In this document: positions 62,464 to 64,000 of the stretch, one piece after another | Layout of the letters: each line of letters begins with the position of its first letter | Numbering within the stretch: position 1 is the stretch's first letter | NCBI GenBank assembly: GCA_000004695.1 | Contig: CM000152.2 | Coordinates: 6,272,001 to 6,336,000 of the forward strand | Length of the DNA stretch: 64,000 nucleotides | DNA from: Dictyostelium discoideum | Taxonomy: Eukaryota | Direction: 5' to 3' | Notes under the pieces: model-generated | What the model was told of the DNA's origin: nothing | Seen by the model: the letters and a program-made list of their open reading frames with translations, nothing else | The model's database searches: none | Position numbers and translations under genes: made by a program

Positions 62464-63236
62464 TTATTTTTTAATTAAATTATCATTTTCATCAATTGTT
62501 AAAGAATCTAAACAACCAATTGTTGCTAAAACTTTTAAAATAAATTCATTAAATTCAGGTAACTTTTTACGATATTGTTGTAATAATTGTATTTTATCTT
62601 GATCTGAAGGTTGTTGATCAATTTCTATTATTAATTGTTGTAAACTTTTTACAGTGATAACACTATTTATATATTTTGAATTATCTAATTTTTGAAATTG
62701 TTCATCTGTAACTTTTTTAAAATAATTTAAACTTTCTGAAAATCTACTAACTTTTGAATTATCAATTGGTTCTTTTCTAATTTTAACTTTTTCATCTTCT
62801 GATTCTTCTCCTGATTCTTCTTCTTCTTCTTCTTCTTCCTCTTCCTCTTCATCTCCTTCTTCCTCATCTTCATTTTCAGATGATGGTGATGATGAATCTG
62901 AACTAGATTTTAATTCAATTTCTGATGTTGATAACTTTGGTTCATTCATTTTTATATCATTATCTAATATAGTATCATCTTTTTTATTTTCTTCTTTATT
63001 TATATTTATTTCTATAGGTGTTTCATGATTATTTACAAGTTCTTTATGTTTTGAAAAACATATTAATGAACAACTAAAAAATTATGTGTTAATATTGTGA
63101 ATAATTATTTATTATTTATTATAATAATAACTTACTATTTTATATTTTTACATTTCGGACAAGAATAAATAAATTTTTTTATATTACATATTGAACATAA
63201 TGGATTAGGGTTTTTTATTGTTAAATTATTTTCCAT
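62464..63236 (-). CDS. zf-HIT zinc-finger protein, ZNHIT3/Hit1-like, with an acidic poly-E region. Minus-strand exons are 63236..63136 and 63073..62464.
   Basis: The upstream exon is missed by the track. It encodes MENNLTIKNPNPLCSICNIKKFIYSCPKCKNIK-Y-CSLICFSKHKELV, a zf-HIT pattern (C..C......Y.CP.C....CS..C...H). The donor TA|gtaagt (63136/35) and acceptor ttttag| (63074) split codon TAT 2/1. The downstream exon is acidic (EEEEEEEEEEEE). Confidence 0.65.
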
Positions 63237-63375
63237 ACTAATATCTTTAGTTTTTTTTTTTTTTTCGACTGGTCATTATTTTTCGTTTTTTTAATTAAAT
63301 TTATTTTTTTATTTTTTTTTTTATTTTTTTTTTTATTTTTTTTTTTATTTTTTTTTTTCTAAACAAAATTAAAAA

Positions 63376-63408
<33 letters not shown>

Positions 63409-63772
63409 CTCCAAAACTAAATATTTAAATTATTATTATTTTATTTTTTATTATTATTATTTTTATTGTATATACAATTAAAAATAATTAATGTATATCG
63501 ATTTTTTTTTTATTTTTTTTTTTATTCGTAATTTTAAAATAACGCGATAATAATCTCGGTTCATTTTAAAATAAAAAATAAAAAAATAAAAAATTAAAAA
63601 AATATCTGAATTTGTGAAAATAACATGTTTTTAATTTTTTTTTTTTTTTAATTTAAAATTTTTTTTATTTTTTTTTTCTTTTTTTTTTTTAATTTATTTT
63701 ATTTTCACCATCAAAAACAATTTTTTTTTTTTTTTTTTTTTAATTTATTTTATTTTCACCATCATTAAAACA

Positions 63773-63884
63773 ATGGATAAAGCAAATGATTATTTAAAAG
63801 ATTATCAACCAGCTAAATTGGTTTTAGCAACTGCTGGCATAACAGCAGCATCAATTTTAGCATATCAAGCTATCACTGATAGAG
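63773..63884 (+). CDS. First exon of a gene that continues beyond the window. It encodes a short N-terminal TM-helix-containing peptide.
   Basis: ATG at 63773. The open frame MDKANDYLKDYQPAKLVLATAGITAASILAYQAITDR ends with the donor g|gtaatt at 63884/85. Confidence 0.35.
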
Positions 63885-64000
63885 GTAATTTTTTTAAAAA
63901 ATAAAAATAAAATAACAAATTAAAAAAAAAAAAAAAAATTATTATACTAAAATTTTATTATTTTATTTTTTTATTTTATTATTATTATTATTTTTATTAT

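Overview
This window is AT-rich, intron-poor eukaryotic nuclear DNA with the hallmarks of Dictyostelium discoideum: long poly-A/T intergenic tracts, short GT..AG introns of 60-150 nt, and poly-N/Q coding runs. There are no prokaryotic features: no CRISPR arrays, rRNA or tRNA genes. The supplied ORF track translates some TTG start codons as M and ignores splicing, so several genes were rebuilt by hand. I call about 30 protein-coding genes. The confidently identified ones are: ARPC2 (3' part of the gene), pterin-4a-carbinolamine dehydratase, an SRF-type MADS-box factor, a Rab5/21-like GTPase, a degenerate Rab-like pseudo-GTPase, a membrane DnaJ protein, a CM1-motif centrosomal coiled-coil protein that looks like Cep161/CDK5RAP2, two TCTP paralogs, a tRNA-splicing endonuclease Sen2-like gene, the plasma-membrane H+-ATPase patB (1058 aa), SmG, CPSF6/CFIm68, a zf-HIT protein, a PLP-dependent transsulfuration-family enzyme and an M20 peptidase. 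Other calls are two tandem 7-TM paralogs with conserved introns, a secreted Cys-repeat protein and a ubinuclein/Hpc2-like protein. Two transposase-derived regions are present: a pogo/DDE_1 C-terminal fragment and a frameshifted piggyBac-like gene. The most unusual locus is 58.4-62.4 kb, where three adjacent genes have prokaryote-type domains (a DUF2778/Tlde1-like L,D-transpeptidase-fold protein, a HutD/Ves cupin and an ArgE/DapE-like M20 peptidase), a possible ancient horizontal-transfer island. Exon boundaries were placed by eye and may be off by 1-3 nt.
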